A stretch of 64,000 bases of DNA from the NCBI GenBank assembly GCA_015478665.1, contig JADMII010000001.1, forward strand, positions 183,537-247,536, written 5' to 3'. The DNA is from Dehalococcoidia bacterium (GTDB taxonomy: Bacteria; Chloroflexota; Dehalococcoidia; DSTF01; JACRBR01). The position numbers and the translations under genes were made by a program. Shown piece after piece: positions 1 to 9,561 of this stretch (the first letter of the stretch is position 1; the number at the start of each line of letters is the position of its first letter). Below the pieces are notes generated by a model. That model was given only the letters and a program-made list of their open reading frames with translations. It did not search any database and was not told the origin of the DNA.

Positions 1-53
1 TGGATACAAGGTTCAAGCCGTCCCTGTAGCCCTTCCGCCATGGCTGTACACCA

Positions 54-383
54 TCACCGCGCGGACAGGACGCACACGAACCGCGTGCCGCGCACCTCGG
101 TGACGGTGCCGACGTACGCTACGCGTTGCCGAATGCACTCCATCACATGGCGCTTGTCCGGTGCGACCGATAGGATCCGCGCGTCATGACCTGACAAGAC
201 GAGTCGGAGTTGGTCTGCACTTATAATCAGTGAACACTTCGTTCCAAGTTGCGGTACGGCGGATGCCGTCGCCCTGAGCGTGACATCGGGGCATGTTGGA
301 ACGACATCCGGTGGTGCCGCCCCGCCGGTGGACTTGATGACCCGGATGGTGTCTGGTCGTGGTCTGCGTGTCCCGGTTCCCAT
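54..383 (-). CDS. hypothetical protein (109 aa), divergent from the XRE/ImmA module; function unknown
   Basis: Complete ORF on the minus strand in the low-GC island region. No recognisable motif. Its position mimics the divergent partner of immR-immA-like modules. Confidence 0.2.
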   Translation of the reverse strand: MGTGTRRPRPDTIRVIKSTGGAAPPDVVPTCPDVTLRATASAVPQLGTKCSLIISADQLRLVLSGHDARILSVAPDKRHVMECIRQRVAYVGTVTEVRGTRFVCVLSAR

Positions 384-497
384 GTGGATTCCCTTCCTTC
401 GCGAAGCCCGGCTACCGGAAGCTCGATTTCGTGTACTATAGACGACGTGTACCGAGTCTGCAACACTCTCGTAAGCTCGTTAGCGCGGGACGCCCCT

Positions 498-872
498 ATG
501 GATCGTGACACATGGTTCGACTCGACCGCGTTCTACGCGGCGCTCGATGGCGAGCGCGTCGCACGCAATATGACGTGGCGAAAGGTCTCGCTTCAGTCAG
601 GGGTTAGCGCTTCAACGCTCACGCGCATCGCGCAGGGAAAGCGTCCTGATGTTGACAGTCTTGCGTCTCTCGCGTCGTGGGCGGCGCTCGACATAGATGA
701 GTTCGTCCGCAGTCGAAGAGAAGAAGCACGTCCAGCATCGCGAAAGCCGACGCCGCTCGCTATGATCTCCACCTACCTGCGAGCAGACCCTAATCTTTCG
801 CCCGAGGCCGCTGCTGCTCTCGACGCCGTTGTCAAGGCAGCCTACGAGAAGCTCAAGAACTCAGAAGCATGA
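498..872 (+). CDS. XRE-family helix-turn-helix transcriptional regulator
   Basis: HTH_XRE-like stretch MTWRKVSLQSGVSASTLTRIAQGKRPDVDSLASLA. The ATG at 498 is in frame with the longer 249..872 ORF. The stop overlaps the next start (ATGA at 869-872). Confidence 0.6.
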   Translation: MDRDTWFDSTAFYAALDGERVARNMTWRKVSLQSGVSASTLTRIAQGKRPDVDSLASLASWAALDIDEFVRSRREEARPASRKPTPLAMISTYLRADPNLSPEAAAALDAVVKAAYEKLKNSEA

Positions 873-1426
873 ACTACCGCCGGGGTTTCAAGAAGGAAGC
901 GAACGAGATCGTCAACGAGGTGCGGCGCGAACTTCGCATCTCGCTTGTGGCTCAGCTTGATGCGCATGTGTTGGCGGACTACCTCGGGATCGAAGTCGTA
1001 CCCTTGCGCGAGTTCAGAGGCATCGCGGAGGAAGGTGTCTTCTACTTTCACCGACACACTGAGTTGTTCTCCGCCCTTACTGTCTTCGACGGAACACGCA
1101 GGTTGATCGTCCACAACGAGCGCCATTCGGCTGGCCGTACGAACGCGAACATCGCACACGAGCTGGCGCACGCATTGTTGTTCCACGAGCCAACGCCCGC
1201 ACTGGACAGCGAGGGTTCGAGGAGCTGGAACCCCGACATCGAGTCAGAGGCCGTGTGGTTGGGTGCGGCGCTACTCGTGCCGGAAGCTGCTTCCCTTCAG
1301 GTTGTGCGTAGGGGTGTCTCTATCGAAGCGGCAGCTACATATTACGGTGTAAGCGAGAGCGTCATGGCGCTCCGCCTGAATGTCACTGGCGCTCGTAGGC
1401 GTATCGCTAGGGCCAACCGGCGGTAG
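869..1426 (+). CDS. ImmA/IrrE family metallo-endopeptidase (DUF955-like)
   Basis: HEXXH zinc motif (HELAHALLFH). Translationally coupled to the upstream XRE gene, the classic immR/immA architecture. Confidence 0.7.
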   Translation: MNYRRGFKKEANEIVNEVRRELRISLVAQLDAHVLADYLGIEVVPLREFRGIAEEGVFYFHRHTELFSALTVFDGTRRLIVHNERHSAGRTNANIAHELAHALLFHEPTPALDSEGSRSWNPDIESEAVWLGAALLVPEAASLQVVRRGVSIEAAATYYGVSESVMALRLNVTGARRRIARANRR

Positions 1427-1787
1427 GCACGCTGGTGATCATGCTGGGACACCGGAAACCGCGTCGGTTGGCCTAGCATCGGCACGTTGTGCCGGAAGTC
1501 GCGAACCACTGGCGTCATGCGGAGGAGCAGTCAGCCAGTTAGCTCACCTCACGCCTTTGATGCTCATTGCTGAACGGTGAAGCCGTCGTCGCGCAGCGCT
1601 TCCAGCATTCCCTCGAAGAAGACGCCGTTGGCTTTGTAGAGCAGGAGCTTTCCGAACTCGCTGCGCCGGGTGAGGAGTCGGTCTGTCAAGCCGTGCACTG
1701 GCTCGTTGTCGAGCCTACCGCGCGCGCGGAGTACAGTACGGAGACGCGTAGCTCCCGGTGGCGGGATGGAGGGTGCTGCGAGGGCCG

Positions 1788-3776
1788 ATGCCCGATCACA
1801 GGTACTTCGAGGGACTCATCAAACAGATTGCCGACCTGCTGCGGGGGCCGTACCGCCCACCGCAGTACGAACGCGTCATGCTCCCGATGACCGTGTTGCG
1901 GCGCTTCGACTGCGTCCTTGCCCCGACCAAGCAGCAGGTGCTCGCTGAGTATGAGCGACGTAAGAAGCGCGGTACGAGCGACGACGCGCTCGACATGCTG
2001 CTCAACACTGTCGCCAACCAGCGCTTCCACAACCACTCGCCGTTCGATTTCGAGAAGCTGAAGGGCGACCCTGACAACATCGCGCAGCACCTCGTCAGCT
2101 ACATCAAGGGCTTCTCGCCCAACGTCCGCCGCATCTTCGACTTCTTCGAGTTCGACGGCGAGATTCAGAAGATGCACGAGGCGGACTTGCTCTACCTCGT
2201 CGTCAAGAGGTTTTGCGATGTAGACCTGCATCCCGCGAAGGTGCCGAATGAACAGATGGGTCTCATCTTCGAGGGACTCATACGCTACTACAACGAGCTT
2301 GCCAACGAGACCGCTGGCGACCACTTCACTCCGCGCGAAGTCATCCGGGTCATGGTGAACGTCCTGTTCATCAACGACGACGCCCTGCTCTCGACGCCGG
2401 GGACGATACGGAAGATGCTCGACCCGGCATGCGGCACCGGTGGGATGCTCGCGGAGTCGCAGAACTACCTGCGCGAGCACCACCGTGACGCACGCCTGTA
2501 CGTCTACGGGCAGGACTACAACAAACGCGCCTACGCAACCGCCGCATCAGACATGCTGATGAAGGAAGTTGACCACAACGGCGGCGGCGAGACTATCAAG
2601 TTCGGCGACACGTTCACTGACGACCAGTTCAAGAACGAGACGTTCGATTATCTCCTCGCCAATCCGCCCTTCGGCGTGGACTGGAAGAAGGAGCAGAAGG
2701 AAATCGAAGGCGAGCACGACAAGCTGGGGTTCAGCGGCAGGTTCGGCGCGGGACTGCCGCGCGTGAACGACGGGGCGTTGCTGTTCTTGCAGCACATGAT
2801 AAGCAAGTTCGAGGCGGTCGCGCCGAAGGAGCACAAGTACGGCTCACGCGTCGCTATCGTGTTCAATGGTTCACCCCTCTTCAACGGCGGCGCAGGCTCC
2901 GGCGAGAGCGACATCCGCAAGTGGATTATCGAGAACGACTGGCTCGAAGCCATCATCGCGTTGCCTAACGACATGTTCTACAACACCAACATCGGCACGT
3001 ACATCTGGGTAGTGACTAACCGCAAGGAAGAGCGGCGCAAAGGCAAGATTCAACTCATCGATGCCCGCGAGCGGTGGCACCCCGGTGGGAGCGAAGACTC
3101 GCGCCGGAGCATAGGCGACAAGCGACGGCATCTCTCCCGTCAGGACATCGAGGACATCGTCCGTATCTACGGACGCTTCGCCGAGGACGGCACAAGCAAG
3201 GTGCTCGACAACGCAGCATTCGGATACACACGCGTGACGGTCGAGCGCCCGCTGCGTCTGCGATATCAGATGACGCACGACGCGAAGGCGGAGTTCTCCG
3301 AAAAGTTCCCAGAACTCAACGACGACATCGACGCCATTGACGAGGCCATCGGGCGCAGGCCCAACGCCGACTGGAACGAGGCATGGGCGACAATCAGCAA
3401 GCTGCTCGCCACGCGAAGTGCACGGTGGAAGGTGGCTGCGCAGAAGCATTTCCGCGCGTGCTTCACCCAGCGTGACACCGACGCGACGCCTGTGCGTGCG
3501 ACTGGCCGTGGCGAGGGGTATGAGGCCGATGCGGAACTTCGCGACTTCGAGAACGTTCCGCTGTGCGACGATATCGACGCCTTCTTCGAGCGCGAGGTGC
3601 GTCCGCACTGGCCGGACGCGTGGATGGAGCGCACGAAAGACAAGGTGGGCTATGAAATCAACTTCAACCGCCAGTTCATGAAGTTCATTCCGCCGCGCTC
3701 GTTGGCTGACATCGATGCCGACCTACGAGCAGCAGAAGGAGACATCGTGCGACTGCTCAGGGAAGTCACCACATGA
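1788..3776 (+). CDS. hsdM: Type I restriction-modification system DNA methyltransferase subunit M
   Basis: N6-adenine methylase motif NPPFG (LLANPPFGVDWKK) and an HsdM N-terminal domain. ATG 1788 is preceded by GAGGG; an alternative GTG at 1758 is in frame. Confidence 0.85.
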   Translation: MPDHRYFEGLIKQIADLLRGPYRPPQYERVMLPMTVLRRFDCVLAPTKQQVLAEYERRKKRGTSDDALDMLLNTVANQRFHNHSPFDFEKLKGDPDNIAQHLVSYIKGFSPNVRRIFDFFEFDGEIQKMHEADLLYLVVKRFCDVDLHPAKVPNEQMGLIFEGLIRYYNELANETAGDHFTPREVIRVMVNVLFINDDALLSTPGTIRKMLDPACGTGGMLAESQNYLREHHRDARLYVYGQDYNKRAYATAASDMLMKEVDHNGGGETIKFGDTFTDDQFKNETFDYLLANPPFGVDWKKEQKEIEGEHDKLGFSGRFGAGLPRVNDGALLFLQHMISKFEAVAPKEHKYGSRVAIVFNGSPLFNGGAGSGESDIRKWIIENDWLEAIIALPNDMFYNTNIGTYIWVVTNRKEERRKGKIQLIDARERWHPGGSEDSRRSIGDKRRHLSRQDIEDIVRIYGRFAEDGTSKVLDNAAFGYTRVTVERPLRLRYQMTHDAKAEFSEKFPELNDDIDAIDEAIGRRPNADWNEAWATISKLLATRSARWKVAAQKHFRACFTQRDTDATPVRATGRGEGYEADAELRDFENVPLCDDIDAFFEREVRPHWPDAWMERTKDKVGYEINFNRQFMKFIPPRSLADIDADLRAAEGDIVRLLREVTT

Positions 3777-5050
3777 ACCGCGACGTGCGTCATGACGCCA
3801 TCAGACTGAAGTACGCCGCCACCATCAACGATGAGGCGCTAACTGATGCGACTGACGCTGACTACGAGTTGCAGTACCTCGACATTGGCAATGTTGATTC
3901 AGAGGGCCGAACCCACGACATCGCGACGTATCGCTTTGAGGACGCGCCGAGCCGCGCGCGACGGAAGGTCAAGGATGGCGACACGATAATCTCGACCGTC
4001 CGCACCTACCTGCAAGCGATTGCATCTATGCAAGACCCGCCGGACAACCTCGTTGTGTCCACCGGCTTCGCCGTCGTGCGCCCCGTGCCCGGTGTATTTG
4101 ACCCCGCGTACTGCAAGTACGCAGTCCGCGAAGGTAGCTTTCTGCACGATGTCATGGCGCGGTCGGTGGGGGTTAGCTACCCGGCCATCAACGCGTCAGA
4201 ACTGGCTGCGATTAGCATCTTCCTGCCCCCAGTGGACAAGCAACGCACAATCGCCCAATACCTCGACCGCGAGACGCGACGTATCAACGACCTCATCGCA
4301 GTGAAGCAGCGGCTTATCGATGCTCTGGCGGAGAAACGGCGCGCCGTCATCGCGCAGGCGGTCACGCGTGGCATCGACCCGCACGCACCAGTGCGCGACT
4401 CGGGCATCGAGTGGCTCGCCAGCATACCGGCACATTGGGGGGTCGTCCCGCTGCGCTTCCTTGTCAGAATGGTCTCCGGCGGCACCCCCGATACCAGCGA
4501 GCCGACCTATTGGGGCGGCGACGTACCGTGGGTCTCGCCGAAGGACATGAAACAGCCAGAAATCAACGCCTCTGAGGACTGGCTCACCACCGAGGGGGCT
4601 GAGTCCGCCGGTCTTCGCCTTCTCGACCCTGCGCATGTGCTCGTCGTCGTTCGAGGCATGATTCTGGCGCACACGCTGCCTGTGGCGCTGAACACAGTGC
4701 CAGTGACCATCAATCAGGACATGAAGGCCATCCGCTGTGACGAACGGCTGGCTCCCGAGTTCCTCGCTCTTTTCCTGCGCGGCATAGCTCCCTACGTCCT
4801 GTCTCTCGTGACGGAGTCCAGCCACGGCACGCGGAAGCTGCAATCGCAGGTCTTGGGACAGTTACCCATCTATGTCCCGCCGCACGACGAGCAAAGGACT
4901 ATCATCTCGCATGTGCATGCTCAACTTGCGGGACTCGACGATGTATCCGCAGCGACGGCGCAAACCATCGACCTGCTGAAGGAGCGCCGTGCCGCACTCA
5001 TCACAAGCGTGGTGACCGGCGATACTGTCGTACGGCAGAGGGCGCACTGA
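3773..5050 (+). CDS. hsdS: Type I restriction-modification system specificity subunit S (two target-recognition domains)
   Basis: 425 aa with duplicated TRD plus conserved spacer architecture. ATGA overlap with hsdM. Sits between M and R. Confidence 0.8.
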   Translation: MNRDVRHDAIRLKYAATINDEALTDATDADYELQYLDIGNVDSEGRTHDIATYRFEDAPSRARRKVKDGDTIISTVRTYLQAIASMQDPPDNLVVSTGFAVVRPVPGVFDPAYCKYAVREGSFLHDVMARSVGVSYPAINASELAAISIFLPPVDKQRTIAQYLDRETRRINDLIAVKQRLIDALAEKRRAVIAQAVTRGIDPHAPVRDSGIEWLASIPAHWGVVPLRFLVRMVSGGTPDTSEPTYWGGDVPWVSPKDMKQPEINASEDWLTTEGAESAGLRLLDPAHVLVVVRGMILAHTLPVALNTVPVTINQDMKAIRCDERLAPEFLALFLRGIAPYVLSLVTESSHGTRKLQSQVLGQLPIYVPPHDEQRTIISHVHAQLAGLDDVSAATAQTIDLLKERRAALITSVVTGDTVVRQRAH

Positions 5051-5051
5051 C

Positions 5052-8000
5052 ATGGAACCTGAGCGGCACCGCGAAGGCGCGTTCGAGACGGTCATCGACG
5101 ACCACTTGCTGGCGAACGGATACGCGCGGGTAAACCCGCACGGCTTCGACCGCGACCGCGCCATCTTCCCTGAGCAGGTCATCGCCTTCATCCGCGAGAC
5201 GCAGCCACAGGAGTGGTCGAAACTCGAAGCACTGCACGGCGTGCAGACCGACGAGCAGGTTCTCACCGACCTCTGCAAGTGGATGGACGACAACGGCTCG
5301 CTCGCAACCCTGCGGCATGGCTTCAAGTGCTACGGGCGCACACTGCGGGTCGCCTACTTCAAGGCCGCGCACGAACTGAACCCCGACCTCGAAGCGCGAT
5401 ACGCCGCGAACCATCTCGGCATCTCGCGGCAACTTCACTACGCGATCGGGTCGGAGAACTCCCTCGATGTGACCCTCAGCCTCAACGGTATCCCCGTCGT
5501 GACCATCGAGTTGAAGAACCCGCTGACGGGTCAGAACGTTGACCACGCGATGCACCAGTACCGCTACGACCGCGACCCGCGAGCGGCCATCTTCGAGTTC
5601 AAGCGCCGCACGCTCGTCCACATGGCCGTGGACACCGAGGCGGTCTTCATGACGACCCGGCTCGCGGGCAAGGCCACACACTTCCTGCCGTTCAACAAGG
5701 GCTGCGACGGCGGCGCTGGGAATCCTCACGACCCCGCTGGGCGGAGCTACCGCACCGCGTACCTCTGGGAAGAAGTCCTTCAGCGCGACAGCCTGCTCGA
5801 CCTGCTGGCGAGGTTCATCCATGTGCAGGTGGAAGAGCGACGGGATGAACAGGGGCGCAAGGTTAGAGCCGAGTCAATGGTGTTCCCGCGCTACCACCAG
5901 CTAGAGGCGGTGCGACAACTCACGCAAGCTGCACGCAGTGAAGGCGTCGGGCACAACTATCTCGTGGAGCACTCGGCGGGCAGCGGCAAGAGCAACACCA
6001 TCGGCTGGCTGTCGCACCGGCTCGCGTCTCTGCACGATGAGAAGAACGAGCGCGTGTTCGACAGCGTCATCGTGGTGACCGACCGCGTGGTGCTCGACCA
6101 GCAGCTACAGGACACGATCTACCAGTTCGAGCACAAGCGCGGCGTCGTCCAGAATATAGACGAACGCTCGCGGCAGTTGGCTGAAGCGCTCGAACAGGGC
6201 GTCCCTATCATCATTACGACGCTTCAGAAGTTCCCGTACGTCTCACGCCACTTGCGCAAGATGGCGGAAGAGCGAGGCGAGCAGAGCACGGGCGCCCTGA
6301 AGACGCGGCGCTGCGCGGTCATCATCGATGAAGCGCACAGTTCGCAAGGCGGCGAGACCGCGACGGAACTGAAGGGCGTCCTCGGCGGCGAAGAGCTACG
6401 TGAGAAGGCGAGGGAGCGCGCGGTCGAAGAAGGCGCGGAAGACATTGAGGAACTGTTCCGGGACATGGCGAAGCGGGGACGGCAGGCGAACCTCTCGTTC
6501 TTCGCCTTCACCGCTACACCGAAGCACAAGACACTCGCCGTGTTCGGGCGGAACGGTCAGCCCGCACATCGCTACACCATGCGGCAGGCCATCGAGGAAG
6601 AGTTCATCCTCGATGTGCTGAAGAACTACACCAGCTACAAGACCTACTACCGGCTCCTGAAGTCCGGCGCGGACGACCCGAACGTGGAGCGCAAGAAGGC
6701 CGCGCAGGCGCTGGGCCGCTACATGCGCCTGCACCCGTACAACGTCTCGCAGAAGACGCAGGTCATCGTCGAACACTTCCAAGCGATGACGAGGCACAAG
6801 ATTGGCGGCAAGGCGAAGGCGATGGTCGTGACAGGCTCACGTCTCGACGCTGTGCGCTACAAGCAGCACTTCGACAAGTACATCGCGTCGAAGGGCTACG
6901 CCATCAAGTCGCTCATTGCGTTCTCAGGCACCGTCGTGGACGACCGAGCGCCCAGCGTCACGTACACCGAGGTCGAGATGAACGGCGGCATCCGCGAGAA
7001 GGAACTGCCGGAGAAGTTCGCCACAGCGGAGTATCAGGTGCTGCTCGTCGCCGACAAGTACCAGACGGGCTTCGACCAGCCGTTGCTGCACACCATGTAC
7101 GTAGACAAGCGCCTCGCGGGCATTCAGGCCGTGCAGACGCTGTCGCGACTGAACCGCATGCATCCATTGAAAGAAGAGACGTTCGTCCTCGACTTCGTCA
7201 ACGACCGCGAAGAGATACGCGAGGCGTTCAAGGCGTACTACGAAGGCGCTGAGATGGGCGAGGAAGTTGACCCTGCCCGCCTGTACCAGTTGAAGGGCGA
7301 ACTCGATGCCTCGGGCGTCTATTCACCCGAGGACGTGCAGCGGTTCTCTGCCGTGTACTTCAGGCCGAGGGCCAAGCAGAGCATCGCTGACCATCAGGCG
7401 ATGAACGCGGCACTCGACCCGGCGGTGACGCGCTTCATGGAGCTACAGCACGATGAGGAAGGCGAGGCGGAACTCTGGCGCGGAAAGGTGCAGGGCTTCC
7501 GCAACCTGTATGCGTTCCTCAGCCAAGTCATCCCCTATCAGGACTCCGACCTCGAACGACTCTACGTCTTCCTGCGTCACCTCGCCGCGAAGCTGCCACG
7601 ACGACGCGGGGAGTCCTACCAGTTCGACGACGAAGTCCGGCTTGAGTATTACCGGCTGCAGAAAATCAGCGAGGGGTCAATCTCGCTTCAGGAAGGGTAC
7701 GCGCCACGGCTCGAAGGCCCGAAGGAAGTCGGCACCGGCGTGTTGCATGACGCGCCCGTCCCACTCTCACAACTCATCGACATCGTGAACGAACGCTTCG
7801 GGACAGACTTCAACCAAGCCGACCAGTTGTTCTTCGACCAAATCGTGGAGGCAGCCGTCACCGACGAAGGGCTGCGGCAGGCGGCGGCAGTCAACCCGAT
7901 GGAGCGGTTCCAGTTGGTCTTCAAGAACGCCTTGCAGACCCTGTTCGTGGAGCGCATCGACCAGAACGAAGAGATTTTCGTCCGCTTCATGAATGACCCA

Positions 8001-8150
8001 GCGTTCCAGAAGACCGTCACGGACTGGCTCGCGTCAGAAGCCTACGAACGCTTCCGCAGTCCCGGCGCGGCTGGCGACGAAGACGCGGCACAAAAGGCGA
8101 AGGTCGCAGCGGCCCTACGACGTGTTCAAGCCGAAGCATTCCGCGAATGA
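5052..8150 (+). CDS. hsdR: Type I restriction enzyme endonuclease/helicase subunit R
   Basis: 1032 aa with a Walker A motif SAGSGKSNT and a DEAH box (IIDEAHSS). Immediately follows hsdS. Confidence 0.85.
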   Translation: MEPERHREGAFETVIDDHLLANGYARVNPHGFDRDRAIFPEQVIAFIRETQPQEWSKLEALHGVQTDEQVLTDLCKWMDDNGSLATLRHGFKCYGRTLRVAYFKAAHELNPDLEARYAANHLGISRQLHYAIGSENSLDVTLSLNGIPVVTIELKNPLTGQNVDHAMHQYRYDRDPRAAIFEFKRRTLVHMAVDTEAVFMTTRLAGKATHFLPFNKGCDGGAGNPHDPAGRSYRTAYLWEEVLQRDSLLDLLARFIHVQVEERRDEQGRKVRAESMVFPRYHQLEAVRQLTQAARSEGVGHNYLVEHSAGSGKSNTIGWLSHRLASLHDEKNERVFDSVIVVTDRVVLDQQLQDTIYQFEHKRGVVQNIDERSRQLAEALEQGVPIIITTLQKFPYVSRHLRKMAEERGEQSTGALKTRRCAVIIDEAHSSQGGETATELKGVLGGEELREKARERAVEEGAEDIEELFRDMAKRGRQANLSFFAFTATPKHKTLAVFGRNGQPAHRYTMRQAIEEEFILDVLKNYTSYKTYYRLLKSGADDPNVERKKAAQALGRYMRLHPYNVSQKTQVIVEHFQAMTRHKIGGKAKAMVVTGSRLDAVRYKQHFDKYIASKGYAIKSLIAFSGTVVDDRAPSVTYTEVEMNGGIREKELPEKFATAEYQVLLVADKYQTGFDQPLLHTMYVDKRLAGIQAVQTLSRLNRMHPLKEETFVLDFVNDREEIREAFKAYYEGAEMGEEVDPARLYQLKGELDASGVYSPEDVQRFSAVYFRPRAKQSIADHQAMNAALDPAVTRFMELQHDEEGEAELWRGKVQGFRNLYAFLSQVIPYQDSDLERLYVFLRHLAAKLPRRRGESYQFDDEVRLEYYRLQKISEGSISLQEGYAPRLEGPKEVGTGVLHDAPVPLSQLIDIVNERFGTDFNQADQLFFDQIVEAAVTDEGLRQAAAVNPMERFQLVFKNALQTLFVERIDQNEEIFVRFMNDPAFQKTVTDWLASEAYERFRSPGAAGDEDAAQKAKVAAALRRVQAEAFRE

Positions 8151-8223
8151 CGCCGTGTCACCGGCGACCGAGCCTCAGCGACGTGCGTGGGCGATACTCG
8201 ATGCTTGAGAAGCAGCCGGTAGC

Positions 8224-9234
8224 ATGACAAGCGACGGACGGCGAACCGCACCTCGTTGCGCTGACACGGACGCGAAAGTGACCTCGCTGAACTCATGGCC
8301 CTGCGCAGCGCGCCTGAGCACCGAGAGCGACGAACTGCTCGACGCGCCCGAGGGCTGCACCGGTGTTGTGCTCGCTCCTCCCGCTGGCACGAAGAACCCC
8401 GCGATTATGTACTGCTCGGAATACTGCCGTCTGGTCGCTGATGTGGTGCGATACCGCCGCCGTGTGGAGGCCGAGCAGCGGCACAAGCGCGTGCCGGACG
8501 GTGAACTCGTGCTCATCGCCCTCTGGCGCAAGGAGTCCGATGTTATCGCTGGCTCGTTCTATCAGGTACGGCTCACGGCGGACGAACGGGAGGCGCTGTT
8601 TCAAGCGAAGGGACGGTTCTGTGTCCGCTGTGGTGCGCCAGCCACCGACGTAGACCACATCGACCCGGCAGGTGGCAATGAACTCGCCAACCTCCAGCCA
8701 CTGTGTCAGGCATGTCATCTCGACAAGACAACGGTAGATGGAGGCATGCGGAACGTACCGCCAGCCGTAGCGCGCGAGGCTGAGCGGCAACTCATCCGGC
8801 TCCTCAGCCCCACTGTGTTTGCAAGCGCGACCTTATCTGGTATTGGCCGCGTTTGCGTTACGGCGGATGAGCCGTTGGCACGGTACGCAGCCTATTTAGA
8901 GCGCGTGTACGGGATGACGCCGCGCGCATGCGACGACCCCGAGGGTTGGCGCGCGCGTGAGCGCACGATACGCAAGGAACGGTTCGCTGAGTTGCGCGAC
9001 GCTGTTCCGCACGGGTTGACAACCGAGAACCGGCGTACGAACATCGGAGTCACGGCAGGAAAGGAGTCTCAGATGGCACGGAACGAAGTCACGGGCGAGA
9101 AGGCTGGCAAGGCCGCCAGCAAGACGATGCGGAACCCGAAGGCGAACAAGGACGAGAAGTCGGCCGCTGGTAGCGCCCTAACGCAGCGCCCACCGAAGGG
9201 CAAAGGCAAAGCAGCGGGCGGACGCAAGAAGTAG
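8224..9234 (+). CDS. HNH endonuclease domain protein with Lys-rich C-terminal tail
   Basis: HNH core CVRCGAPATDVDHIDPAGGNELANLQPLCQACHLDKT with an upstream CSEYC pair. The C-terminus is basic and disordered (KGKGKAAGGRKK). Start uncertain; an in-frame ATG lies at 8407. Confidence 0.6.
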   Translation: MTSDGRRTAPRCADTDAKVTSLNSWPCAARLSTESDELLDAPEGCTGVVLAPPAGTKNPAIMYCSEYCRLVADVVRYRRRVEAEQRHKRVPDGELVLIALWRKESDVIAGSFYQVRLTADEREALFQAKGRFCVRCGAPATDVDHIDPAGGNELANLQPLCQACHLDKTTVDGGMRNVPPAVAREAERQLIRLLSPTVFASATLSGIGRVCVTADEPLARYAAYLERVYGMTPRACDDPEGWRARERTIRKERFAELRDAVPHGLTTENRRTNIGVTAGKESQMARNEVTGEKAGKAASKTMRNPKANKDEKSAAGSALTQRPPKGKGKAAGGRKK

Positions 9235-9561
9235 CGCACAGCCGGGCAACATCTAAGCAAACGCGAAGCCCGAGCGTCCGTGCCGGGGCTCCTTCGTTAC
9301 ACCGTGCCTCGGCGGCAGCTTACATCGTCATCGCCCGCGTCCGCCGAGTTACTTCGTTGCAGTGCGACGAGCGCCAACCGCCGGTGCACGACGGGCGGTG
9401 CGAGATGCTCGTCGGGCGCGTCAAGTTGCCGCTTGCCAGTGGCGCTGAAGATGCGTCATTTTGACGCCAACGGTGACGCCAACGGGGAGCGAAACCGGGA
9501 GACGTAAGGGGACATCGGGCGACATTTCGAATCTGAAGTCGGCCTGTTTGAAGCTGCAAAA

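Noticed and set aside
200-230. TATAAT hexamer (cacTTATAATcag) as the promoter of the XRE gene
   Set aside because: No suitably spaced -35 or TG extension is present, and it lies 270 nt upstream of the XRE start. It could equally be a chance AT-rich hexamer in the lower-GC island DNA.
249-497. Longer 207-aa version of the XRE ORF starting at 249
   Set aside because: The N-terminal 83 aa are Cys/Trp/Arg-rich with no HTH features. The HTH domain starts right after the internal ATG at 498. The long form would also overlap the divergent 54-383 ORF.
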